Assembly: GCA_002269645.1 (NCBI GenBank)
Contig: NIVC01004400.1
Span: 1 to 47,037, forward strand
Length of the DNA stretch: 47,037 nucleotides
Reading direction: 5' to 3'
Source: Macrostomum lignano
Lineage: Eukaryota
Position 1 is the stretch's first letter. Each line of letters opens with the position of its first letter. Made by a program: the position numbers and the translations under genes. This document shows positions 1-11,452 of the stretch, in pieces. The notes under the pieces are model-generated. The model did no database searches, was not told the DNA's origin, and was given only the letters and a program-made list of their open reading frames with translations.

Positions 1-1787
1 TTGCAAATCAATTTGATTTTGAATAGATAGCTAAATTATGAGCAGTTTATTCAGAAAATCTTAGACTAAGGGAAAATAATGTAAAAACTTTTTTTTAAAC
101 ACGCAAACTGTAATTCTACATTTGTTAATCCAAAGTTCTGTACGAATCAGAACTTCAGACGCAGTAAATTTATTTGAATTTTTTTGCTTTTAATCAGGGA
201 ATTTACCTTTATCATAAGATATTGCTATCTTGATAGTGGGACATAGAATTTGACAGTTTTATGATAAATTATTTCTTGTAATTCTTGGTCGGTCGCTACC
301 TTAACGCTAAGTTCTTAGCTTTTTAAGAGTTTGAGTGCCCCTATAGTAAAGCTAGTTAAACACATAGTCTTGGTATTAAAAACTGACATGAATAATTATT
401 GCTTTAAGTAAAAAACAAAATAAAAAAACAGTCAATCGACAACGCAATTTTACTTTTATGAACGTTGATGAAAGCACTTGCAAGCTGAAGCTATATACAT
501 GTATAACATGAGACTAAATTTTTCCCATATCGAATGATTGTTATATATTATAACTATGTTAGTAAGATATTATATATATTCATTTAATGAATTCCACAGT
601 CACAGTTGTAATGTAAAAAGCAAAGCGCCTCCTCACCGCTCAATCGTTAATCGATACAAAAAACTATTTTGCTAAAAAAGAATTTAAAGGTTAACCGATG
701 CAAAGTTTCTAGTGTAAACTTGGCTTCAGAAACAGACTTTTTAACTAAAACTATTTTTTAACAGCGAAAATAGCTTTGAGACGTTTTGGAAGAGCTTTTA
801 TCTTAAAATTATATATTTCCAACACATGAATATGCAGTATTTGTTTTAACGTTAAAGTAAACTCAAGCCGCTATTAAGAGAACACAAGATCTTTTTTACC
901 TCGAACTCACCTTATCTAAAAACATACATGACTGGATTTTTAAAATATGTGATGAGAAAAATTAACTCGAGTTATGAACGGCTATGCACACGTCAGGGTG
1001 GCTATATTTCAAGGGTATGCAATTTTGAAACGTTATATAAAGCCTGGCCTCTATAGTCATCTTGCCTTTTAGAATGAATGGAATTTAAGCAAAAATTCCT
1101 GAAATAAAAATAACGCAATAAAATATACATATACAATGGTGGAACTTTAATTTTCTATTGAAATTGATATTGTTCTGAAATTGTCCAATAAACTAGTGGA
1201 CAAAATGAGTGATTGTATGGACCCACATACATGTGTTATTAATATAATGTGGTTTTTAAGCTATTTTAAGTTACATGTATACTGTACATGCACAGTCACT
1301 AAAGTTACATCTGTGTCTTGTTTAAGAATCGAAATTTAATACTTTATCTACAATTCTATTGCTAGAGCAGTTTCTTTTTTCAGCACACGTGTAAACTATT
1401 GAAAGCAAACTTAATTCGTACCAGAAATCATGCACAAACTTCAAGAAGTGCCAAGTTTTCGTCCCATACCTTTCTCTATATGGGCTGAGAATCTGAGATA
1501 CACACGAATTGCAGCAAATACTCATTTTGATCTTCCCTCCTGGCTCCAGGCAGCTGCATGCAGCAAACAGCTTCAGTAGTGAGCATGCACTTTATTTACC
1601 ATCTGTGCATTTATTTCCCTAGACGGCGCGGCAGCTTTCATTTGCTATTTGTTTGCGGCTCCTAGAAATTAGTCTGTGTGCGAACCTGCAAAATGGCATT
1701 AGAAGTTAAGCAACGCTAGTGCTTCAACTTATAGCCGCTCCTCTGAATAGTGGAATTGTGAAACAGCCCCCGGAGCGCAGAGAAGCC

Positions 1788-2636
1788 ATGGTCTCCGTTG
1801 CTTACGACTGTGTCAACCTCAACCACACGATCGACAAGGTGGCCAAGTGGATGGCCACGTCCGACTCGCAGGTCTGCCTGTTTGCAGACGACAATTCTGT
1901 CTCCATTCTGTCATCGCCGTCAACTACAAACTCGGCGGGCGAGCAGGGCCGACAGGTGCTAATAGACCGGCTGAAGAGCGACGCGGTGAGCCGCATGAAG
2001 TCGCTGCTCCGGAGCACGGCCAGCCAGGAAAACAACCATAACGAGTTCAAGAGGAAGTCCAGCGACAGGCGCGCCGCCGCTATGGACGCGTGCAGCTCTA
2101 ACAGCTCCGGCGCGACACCGAACCGGAACCAGAACAACGAGGCCACGGCACCGAGGCGGAGCACCGCGCGCAAGACGCACTCGGACAGCCGGCACAGGCG
2201 CCAGTCGCAGCCGTCCAACAGCCACTCGGTTGCCATGCAGCGCAAGGACAGCGGCGACGGCAGCGGCGACTTCAAGGAGGACAAGTACCTCGAGCGCATC
2301 ATCGAGCGGGCCACGCAGGAGATTCGAGTCGCAATCTACAAGCTCAGCGCCGAGAACAAGCTGCCGGAGAAGTGCCACCTCAAGATGAAGCTATCCATCA
2401 AGCCACAGCGGGCAGCCAGCGAAGCCAACAGCCCAAAGGAGCAACACGGCCGGCATCGAGGCGGCGCCCGCGGCAGCCGGGGCGAGGACGAAGGACGCCA
2501 ACGCGTCTCAAACTCCGAGCGTCACAGGACCTCAGGGAGAGACGGCGAGGGCAGGTCGGACCGGGAGAAGCGGGCCAGCTCGACGTCAAACAAGCGGGAG
2601 CACCGCCAGCAGCGGAAGGACAAGCGGAAGCACTGA
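1788..2636 (+). CDS. Intronless orphan protein (282 aa), Ser/Arg/Lys-rich and largely disordered; no recognised domain
   Basis: Non-repetitive GC-rich ORF in AT-rich flanks; ATG at 1788 in strong context (gccATGg); C/G-ending codon bias like the other exons; TGA at 2634-2636; AATAAA at 2676-2681. The track start at 1719 is a non-ATG codon. Confidence 0.8.
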   Translation: MVSVAYDCVNLNHTIDKVAKWMATSDSQVCLFADDNSVSILSSPSTTNSAGEQGRQVLIDRLKSDAVSRMKSLLRSTASQENNHNEFKRKSSDRRAAAMDACSSNSSGATPNRNQNNEATAPRRSTARKTHSDSRHRRQSQPSNSHSVAMQRKDSGDGSGDFKEDKYLERIIERATQEIRVAIYKLSAENKLPEKCHLKMKLSIKPQRAASEANSPKEQHGRHRGGARGSRGEDEGRQRVSNSERHRTSGRDGEGRSDREKRASSTSNKREHRQQRKDKRKH

Positions 2637-2675
2637 GCCGCCAACTCGCGAGCCATCAAGACGCCATTGGAGCCT

Positions 2676-2681
2676 AATAAA
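2676..2681 (+). terminator. Polyadenylation signal AATAAA of the orphan gene
   Basis: Canonical hexamer 40 nt after the stop codon, followed by T-rich sequence. Confidence 0.6.
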
Positions 2682-3203
2682 ACCTTTTGAAGTCTTGAAG
2701 CCGTGCCTCTGAACATGGTTTATTTACCAATCAGAATATACCTACAGCTCTTTGAAAAATTGAAACATAAAATACGTTTAGCGCTGACCTACCCTTCAGA
2801 CCTCCCTTGGAAAAGTTCTACGAGCCAATATTAACTATCCAACGCTTTGCCCAACCACCGGGTTCGCACCCTTGCTTTATAGCTGTATTCAGCGCCAACC
2901 TTGTATCTAAGCTGTTAAGCATTAGTTTGTTGTGCACTATGAAACACTTGACCTTCCACGAAACCCTCTTTAATAGCTTTTTTAGCTTTTCAATTAGTGC
3001 CATTTCGCATTAGGTAACGCATGCTGAGAGCAATGACAGCTATTTTCGTTATTCACATCTGTAAGAAAGGTGACTTGCCTGTTTTTTCAGCTTAAAATAC
3101 ACAATATGCAAAGTGCCTTTTTTACAACATGCCAACTACAGCATAGCGCTCCACTGACTTATTTTTCATAAAGACAGCAGCGATTGATTGCTTGCCGACA
3201 CAA

Positions 3204-3873
3204 TGGCGCCCCGACTCCCAGTGGCGCCCCGACTCCCAAAGTAGCGCCCCGACTGCAAGAGTAGCTCCCTGGCTGCAAGAGTAGTGCTCTGACTGCAAGA
3301 GTAGCGCCCCGACTCCCAGAGCAGCGCCCCGACTCCCAGAGCAGCGCCCCGACTCCCAGAGTAGCGCCCGACTGCCACAGTGGCGCCCCGACTGCCACAG
3401 TGACGCCCCGACTGCAACAGTGGCGCCCCGACTGCCACAGTGACGCCCCGATGGCCACAGTGGCGCCCCGACTGCCAGAGTGGCTCCCCGACTGCCAGAG
3501 TGGTTCCCCGACTGCCAGAGTGGTTCCCCGACTGCCACAGTGACGCTCCGACTTGTAGAGCGGCGCCCCGACTGCCAGAGTGGTTCCCCGACTGCCACAG
3601 TGACGCTCCGACTTGTAGAGCGGCGCCCCGACTGCCAGAGTGGTTCCCCGACTGCCACAGTGACGCTCCGACTTGTAGAGCGGCGCCCCGACTGCCAGAG
3701 TGGTTCCCCGACTGTCAGAGTGACGCCCCAACTGCCAGAGTGGCACGCCAACTCCCAGAGTGGCGCCCGACTGCCAGAGTGGCGCCCCGACTTGTGAAGT
3801 GGCGCCCCAACTCCCAGAGTGGCGCCCGATTGCCAGAGTGGCGCCCCGACTTGTGAAGTGGCGCCCCGACTTG
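3204..3873. repeat. Minisatellite, about 20-21 bp unit (gtggcgccccgactgccaga), with higher-order blocks
   Basis: Direct tandem periodicity; lies between the convergent orphan and kinase genes; same family as 11938-12735. Confidence 0.95.
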
Positions 3874-4014
3874 CAAAAAATCGCAACTTAGAACATAAAT
3901 CTGTTTTTTTGTCATTTTTTCAGAAAGCAAAAAGGACCACTCGGTCTGAAAGCGATCGAATGGTTAAATAAAACTTTTCTCGTCAGCATCATCCGCTTGT
4001 TTATTTGTCGATTT

Positions 4015-7000
4015 TTAATTAAAACTAAAAAACTCTCGCCAGTGAGCACAGCCAGCGGTATTGTTCAGCAAGGATCGAATGCATCTTGGCTTGGCTCGGG
4101 GAAAAGAAGAGATTGGAAGCAATATTTTTTTGTGAAAAAAACTGTCGATGGTACAACAACAGCGCGGGTCAGCCGTCGGCTTGTAGTCCGGGTACAGGGT
4201 GCGCACGTGCAGGCTGTCCGGCGGCGACTCGGACTCGAGCAGGCGCCAGTTGACGTCCTCAAAGTAGGAATAGCGGATAACCTCGCGGACCAGAGGCCGG
4301 CTCGATGGGTCCTGGCGCAGCAGGGACTTCAACAGTTTGGCCAGGGCCTCGTCCTGGGACCGCGGGGTGGCAGGCGTCGCACAGGTGGAATCGCCATTCG
4401 GGCTTGGCGGAGTTGAGAAACTTGCTCCACATGTGCGAGTTCGATGAAATGTAGATCTCGGCGATGAAGAAGCCGAATAGCCAGGCGTCAATTCTTATGA
4501 AGGAAATAGCACGGGGCCTTATGAGTATCTGGGATGCAGATTTCTGTCTGCGCCCACCTAAGAGACAGGGCAACCAAGAGACAGGGGCAACCAAGAGACA
4601 GGGGCAACCAAGAGACAGGGGCAACCAAGAGACAGGGGCAACCAAGAGACAGGGGCAACCAAGAGACAGGGGCAACCAAGAGACAGGGGCAACCAGGAGA
4701 ATTGGGCAACCAAGAGACATGGACAACCACCAAGAGGACAAATTTCTGCAAGCGTCACGGCAAAGCTGCAACTAGCGCCAGCAGTCTCACTTGTAATCGT
4801 TGACCTTCCCGCCAAGCACCAGGCACTCGGGCGGATAGTACTGCATGGTAGTGACCCGCCGGTTAGGCACATATTCATCTTTATTCGACTTGCACTCGAC
4901 AGCCAGGCCGAAGTCGGCCAGCTGAGGGACGCCTCGATGATCGATGAGTACATTGTCAGCCTTGATGTCCTTGTGGCAGATGCTGATCTTGTGCAATCTG
5001 AACACGGCGTCGATGATGCAGGAGATGTAATATTTGATGAAGCGCGATGGCAGTATGCCCACCTCGCGTTTGATCACCTGCCAGAAAGGCGGAATTAGTC
5101 GTTTAATAATGTCACATGAGCTGTCAGCAATGGTCGAAATTAAATAGATTATTATATAAATAAACAATGTAATGTAATAACAGTCTTCATCAAAAGACAC
5201 AACATAAATTCTTCATGCAGTCTTCATCATAAGACATGACGACCCTAAGGTCTCACACAAGACACGACCTTAAGGCGTTACCCCAAGGCACGACCTCAAG
5301 GCCTCACCCCAAGACACGACCTCAAGGTCTCACCCCAAGACACGACCTCAAGGTCTCACCCTCAAGACACGACCTCGACCTCAATGTCTCACCCCAAGAC
5401 GCGACCTCAAGGCCTCACCCCAAGACACGACCTCAAGGCCTCACCCCAAGATACGACCTCAAGGCCTCACACCAAGACACGACCTCAAGGACTCACCCCA
5501 AGATACGACCTCAAGGCCTCACACCAAGACACGACCTCAAGGCCTCACCCCAAGACACGACCTCAAGGCCTCACCCCAAGATACGACCTCAAGGCCTCAC
5601 ACCAAGACACGACCTCAAGGTCTCACCCCAAGACACGACCTCAAGGTCTCACCCTCAAGACACGACCTCGACCTCAATGTCTCACCCCAAGACGCGACCT
5701 CAAGGCCTCAACCCAAGACACGACCTCAAGGCCTCACCCCAAGGCACGACCTCAAGGCCTCACCCCAAGACACGACCTCAAGGCCTCACCCCAAGACACG
5801 ACCTCAAGGTCTCACCCCAAGACACGACCTCAAGGTCTCACCCTCAAGACACGACCTCGACCTCAATGTCTCACCCCAAGACGCGACTTCAAGGCCTCAA
5901 CCCAAGACACGACCTCAAGGCCTCACCCCAAGACACAACCTCAAGGCCTCACCCCAAGGCACGACCTCAAGGCCTCACCCCAAGACACGACCTCAAGGCC
6001 TCACCCCAAGGCACGACCTCAAGGCCTCACCCCAAGGCACGACCTCAAGGCCTCACCCCAAGACACGACCTCAAGGCCTCACCCCAAGACACGACCTCAA
6101 GGTCTCACCCCAAGACACGACCTCAAGGTCTCACCCTCAAGACACGACCTCGACCTCAATGTCTCACCCCAAGACGCGACTTCAAGGCCTCAACCCAAGA
6201 CACGACCTCAAGGCCTCACCCCAAGACACAACCTCAAGGCCTCACCCCAAGGCACGACCTCAAGGCCTCACCCCAAGACACGACCTCAAGGCCTCACCCC
6301 AAGGCACGACCTCAAGGCCTCACCCCAAGGCACGACCTCAAGGCCTCACCCAAGACACGACCTCAAGGCCTCACCCCAAGACACGACCTCAAGGCCTCAC
6401 ACCAAGACACGACCTCAAGGCCTCACACCAAGACACGACCCCAACTGTCCACACAGTCCTCACCTTAAGAGACGAATGCTTGGCCTTGTACATGACTGAA
6501 ATGAAGAACTTATCAGTCATATAATAGACTAGAAGGTGCGATATAAAACGCGATTCGCGTTGCGCAATGACTTGCAGATCAGCTTTAAGTTGGTAACGCT
6601 CCATTCGGGCCTTGCAGGAGCTGTGCATGCACACTTTCATAGCCAGACTGGACGAGTGCTGGCGTCGGCGAACAAATAGAACGAAACCCTGGCCTGAAGT
6701 GTCAGTTTTTATAGCATTATCAATTTAATCTTCTCCACAGACTGCTATAACACTCGTGCTCGTAACTGATTGAAGCCTACTGGTAAATAATAGCAATTAA
6801 AAATTCACAATTGCCTGGATCAGTCACTTTGGCCGAAGCCAGTGCAATGAGCTTTTATTCCCTCATTAGGCCTTACCACCAACGAATATCCGACGATCCT
6901 TCCGCTGCAGCACGTACTCGGGCATCTGCCATTTCTTAGCCCCGTCGGCGTACCTAACCGAGTCGGACACGACCTCGGCAAACAGATCGTTGATATTTAG

Positions 7001-7357
7001 CGTGCTGACAACCTTCATGAACTCCTTCTTGTCCATGTTGGCCCAGTCTATTTTCAGGTTGTGATTATTGGCGTCGCTGTTCTTAACGCAGCCGATTCCA
7101 CGCGACGGCCCCTGATCGAGGTCCGACGCGGCCAAGTCGTGGGAGAAGCTGAAGCAGATGCCTCGGGCGGAGCTACGGTTTGTGTAGACCAGGGCGGGGC
7201 CCGCCGACGCCTCCCTGTGCAGGACGACAGCGCTGGCGGCGGTGCTGGCATCGTCGTTGCAGCAATCTTCTGCAGGCTGATTGTTCAGCTCCACTAGGGG
7301 GGGCAGCTTCCTTTGTCGGTGAGCCCCGTCTCGCATTTCAATGCTCCTCCTTTTCAT
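4015..7357 (-). CDS. Divergent AGC-like Ser/Thr protein kinase (about 491 aa if the frameshift is corrected), 4 exons: 7357-6877, 6693-6464, 5077-4791, 4493-4015; +1 frameshift near 4356-4368
   Basis: GT-AG junctions with compatible phases (1,0,2) join: Gly-loop-like IFVGGQGFV, AMK lysine, HKDIKADN catalytic loop, DFG, YYPPE, IDAWLFG, then in a shifted frame DPSSRP and the AGC-type YSYFEDVNW tail. First ATG at 7357. Confidence 0.85.
4558..4725. repeat. Minisatellite, 17 bp unit (caaccaagagacagggg), about 8-9 copies, kinase intron 3
   Basis: Direct tandem periodicity. Confidence 0.95.
5250..6441. repeat. Minisatellite, 26 bp unit (cacgacctcaaggcctcaccccaaga), about 45 copies, kinase intron 2
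   Basis: Direct tandem periodicity; recurring variant unit (gacctcgacctcaatgtc) marks block duplications. Confidence 0.95.
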
Positions 7358-8178
7358 GTCGGGGATTGAAGGGGGAGCCAATTTTTGGCGATTGAGAAAC
7401 AAATAGAGGACTTCGGTCAGCGGTCCGTCAGCATGCTCAGCTATTAGCGCTAATTGGCAAGTCAGCTGCAGCCCCGAATCGTACGCTTAATAAGCTAAAC
7501 TGAAATAGGGGAAATATCTTCTTATGCTCCTAATAACGCATATATTTAATAAGTAGATACGTGAGGAAGCTTATTTGCGGGCGTCGGAATCGAATCCTGC
7601 CATAGACACTAGCGAGTCTTGCGAACAGACAGTGGCGCTTCTTTAGAAGTGAGTTTTATAATTTATGTCAATTGAGAAAAGTCTTGAATTGGTATACAGT
7701 ACTTTCTTTAATCGAACAGCCCCCCAAAACACATGCATTCCATACGTGCCAACACCAGAATCCAGAAGTCTACATGATCGAACACACGTGCACGCAAGAC
7801 AGCAATCGACCAAAAAAACTAAAAAATAAGGCGATGCCAATTTAGGAAGAATCCTTGTTTTTCCTCTTAGCGTAAAAATTCAATGATTATTCCATCTAAA
7901 AAATAATTATTTTACTGACAGCAGTTGACAGCAGGTTCCAAAATAATTCATTTTTTTAGCATGCGCTGAAATTAATTTGAAAACATGCTCACCGATATGT
8001 ATCGAAAAATATGTAAGTGCGTACACATCGTAGGTGTTTATGAAGCACTGCTGATTCTTTTTACATACGCAACACTGATATACGATCATTGATTTTTTCT
8101 GTGCAAAAACTTACAAAGATAAGGTAAACCGTAACAAAATGGGGCGAATGCGTCAAACTTATTTTGTGGCAAAAAGTG

Positions 8179-8251
8179 AGCCTCTAGGGAGGATCGAACT
8201 CCCGACCCCTGGTTTACTAGACCAGTGCTCTAGCCACTGAGCTATAGAGGC
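8179..8251 (-). tRNA. trnT-AGT: tRNA-Thr (anticodon AGT)
   Basis: Reverse complement folds into a full cloverleaf: acceptor GCCTCTA/TAGAGGC, D-arm GCTC/GAGC, anticodon stem CTGGT/ACCAG with loop CT-AGT-AA, T-arm GGGAG-TTCGATC-CTCCC; 73 nt; TTTTT Pol III terminator 3 nt downstream (8171-8175). Confidence 0.95.
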
Positions 8252-8414
8252 GGTGATGAGGGACAGCAAAATTATACTTTTTATACATACATTTCCTGTG
8301 AACTATTTTAACCTGAAAGTTCCAAGAAATCGCCAATTTCACGTGCTGACACGTGCAAAGCCAAAGCTTATTAAGAGAGTGGAACTTAATTCTGACAAAC
8401 TCCACAAGGCATCA

Positions 8415-9511
8415 TAGGCCTAAGCATACGAGTAGTCGGGTACTAGCGCTCGTAACTGCTTTGGTTTCTAATTTTACTCATATTAAGTTGATAACCGTAA
8501 TCGCATCATGCCGATCATGGTCATGCTATGCTACATGCTAGGGTAGCTGAGCTGGTAATTCTAAACACCAGCGGGCTCCTAGCCTAGCCCAAGCCGTGTT
8601 GGGCGGGCGTCGGCGACCCCTAGGATGTAATTTTAATGCACTCTTATTATGGTATAGTATAGGCATATAGTATAGCCAGTTTTAAATATGATAAGAATAA
8701 TTATTTTAAGATAGGCCTACACCTATTTAGGCCAATGTCTAGAGGGTAGAGATCTTTTTAATTTCTTAGGACTTAGGCCTACCTACAGTACATTAGGTAT
8801 AGTATACAAAGGCTATGGTTTGTATACTATAGCTAATCAGTGCTAGCTAGTCAGTGCTAGTGCTAACTATACTCTATAGACTATAGTATGATAATAGCAT
8901 AACCAGGGCAGCAATTGTCAAGTTCCAATTGTTAAATTATTTTGACTCTAGAAAAATTTTTAAAGCTTTCCTAATATAAGAGTGCAAAATTAAGTATGGA
9001 ACTTAATACGCGTAATATATGGAAAATTTATACTTATAGAAGCCTAGTCTTACACTCTTAGACATACTTGCAAATTGCTTTTGCTAACTAGTGCCTATAT
9101 GGCTATGCCTATGCTATAACAAATCTATGAATTAGACTTAGACTAGGGGGCCTAAGTCTTAGACTAGGCCTAGGGCCTAGACCTAACTATTATTTGCCTT
9201 TTGCAATTAGAAACCTAAGTATTAGTCCAACTAGAAGGGTAAAGAAACAGTTGCCCTCCCCTTAAAGCAGAGACTTAAAAAATCAAAGGAAGACCAAGCA
9301 AATAGAGCCACTTCCTTCCCCTTGGCTTGGGTCCTTACCTTCTAGAATCCCCCCCTCCTTAACAAATTTCTATTTGTGCTACTAGGCCTAAGGCTAATGA
9401 ATTAATCATGTTTAAAATTTGAATTTTGAATTTTGCACTCGGTAGGCCTATGTATAGATTTGATCATTTTTAAAGATAAAGTCAATCATATACATATATA
9501 ATATAGGCCTA
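8415..9511. promoter_or_regulatory. Cluster of 7 palindromic TAGGCCTA octamers; probable promoter-proximal or first-intron region of TMEM134
   Basis: Exact copies start at 8415, 8712, 8774, 9165, 9383, 9443, 9504; I saw no other exact copy in the window. Regulatory role is inference. Confidence 0.4.
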
Positions 9512-9922
9512 GACTGATAGATAAAAACAATATATAGGCTCAAGCCAATAAGCCATATAATTTTTATATGCACTTAGGATAGTATAAGTAGGGGCCTATG
9601 CATTTTGGTTGGCTAATTTAATTAAATTAATATTATAATATCCATTTCAGAAATGATAGAATATTTTGGCAACAAAATGAATTATTTGCATTAATAAATT
9701 TTTAAACTAAGTATATTACTATTAGTAATAAGCCAAAGGAACCATTACCTATAGCTTGAGCACTATGGCTATGGATAAGCCTAATACAATGAAAGATATT
9801 GTGGAAGATATTAATGTAAGTTGAAACTTTTTATCAAATATTTTTATCCTTCATAGTTAATCTAGGTACATGTATTTAGCCAAATATATAAGTCCTTAAG
9901 CTCAACTGTGATTATGTTTTAG

Positions 9923-9956
9923 GCCCAGTCTGCAGTCATTGCAAGAAATTACCAAG
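9923..9956 (+). CDS. TMEM134: Candidate upstream TMEM134 exon (AQSAVIARNYQ)
   Basis: ttttag acceptor and aag|gtttgc donor; phase-1 end fits the acceptor at 11452; weak donor and no ATG-bearing exon found upstream. Confidence 0.3.
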
Positions 9957-10107
9957 GTTTGCAAGACTCTAACACATTGGAACTAAGTGATATTGCTTTG
10001 TAAGTGATACTTGTTTATATATTTAATCAGTTTTAAAATATTAGTTTGAGTTGAGATTATCTTTTAATTATCTGTTTGAGATCTCTCTCTCTCTCTTTTT
10101 CTATGAT

Positions 10108-11440
10108 CATCAGTATTGGATCTCTTGTCATTCTCAGTGTGGGATCTCTTGTCATCTTCAGTGTGGGATCTCTTGTCATCCTCAGTGTGGGATCTCTTCT
10201 CTTGTCATCTTCAGTGTGGGATCTCTTGTCATCCTCAGTATGGGATCTCTTGTCATCTTCAGTGTGGGATCTCTTGTCATCCTCAGTGTGGGATCTCTTG
10301 TCATTCTCAGTGTGGGATCTCTTGTCATCCTCAGTGTGGGATCTCTTGTCATCCTCAGTATAGGATCTCTTGTCATCCTCAGTGTGGGATCTCTTGTCAT
10401 CCTTAGTGTGGGATCTCTTGTCATCCTCAGTGTGGGATCTCTTGTCATCCTTAGTGTGGGATCTCTTGTCATCCTCAGTGTGGGATCTCTTGTCATTGTC
10501 AGTGTGGGATCTCTTGTCATTCTCAGTGTGGGATCTCTTGTCATCTTCAGTATGGGATCTCTTGTCATCCTCAGTGTGGGATCTCTTGTCATCTTCAGTG
10601 TGGGATCTCTTGTCATCCTCAGTGTGGGATCTCTTGTCATCCTTAGTGTGGGATCTCTTGTCATCCTCAGTGTGGGATCTCTTGTTATCCTCAGTGTGGG
10701 ATCTCTTGTCATCCTCAGTGTAGTATCTCTTGTCATTGTCAGTGTGGGATCTCCTGTCATCCTCAGTATGGGATCTCTTGTCATCCTTAGTGTGGGATCT
10801 CTTGTCATCCTCAGTGTGGGATCTCTTGTCATCCTCAGTATAGGATCCCTTGTCATCCTCAGTATGGGATCTCTTGTCATCCTCAGTGTGGGATCTCTTG
10901 TTATCCTCAGTATGGGATCTCTTGTCATCCTCAGTGTGGGATCTCTTGTCATCCTCAGTGTGGGATCTCTTGTCATCCTCAGTGTGGGATCTCTTGTCAT
11001 CCTCAGTGTGGTATCTCTTGTCATCCTCAGCATGGGATCTCTTGTCATCCTCAGTGTGGGATCTCTTGTCATCCTCAGTGTGGGATCTCTTGTCATCCTT
11101 AGTGTGGGATCTCTTGTCATCCTCAGCATGGGATCTCTTGTCATCCTCAGTGTGGGATCTCTTGTCATCCTCAGTGTGGGATCTCTTGTCATCCTCAGCA
11201 TGGGATCTCTTGTCATCCTCAGTGTGGGATCTCTTGTCATCCTCAGCATGGGATCTCTTGTCATCCTCAGTGTGGGATCTCTTGTCATCCTCAGTGTGGG
11301 ATCTCTTGTCATCCTTAGTGTGGGATCTCTTGTCATCCTTAGTGTGGGATCTCTTCTCATCCTCAGTGTGGGATCTCTTGTCATCCTTAGTGTGGGATCT
11401 CTTGTTCTCATTCTCAGATCCTCAGTGTGGATGTCTTGTC
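10108..11440. repeat. Minisatellite, 24 bp unit (agtgtgggatctcttgtcatcctc), about 55 copies, in a TMEM134 intron
   Basis: Direct tandem periodicity; explains the 541-aa SVGSLVIL ORF. Confidence 0.95.
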
Positions 11441-11452
11441 ACCATTCTCTAG

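Noticed and set aside
1802-2716. Antisense and alternative-frame ORFs overlapping the orphan gene, the kinase and the GPCR
   Set aside because: Typical shadows of GC-rich coding sequence with no independent start context or motifs.
4354-4360. 7-nt GT..AG (gtcccag) that would repair the kinase frameshift
   Set aside because: Far below any spliceosomal intron size; a single-base indel is more plausible.
7570-7640. B-box-like ggattcgattcc on the minus strand
   Set aside because: No cloverleaf, no convincing A-box and no match to the two SINE bodies; at most a degenerate tRNA-like relic.
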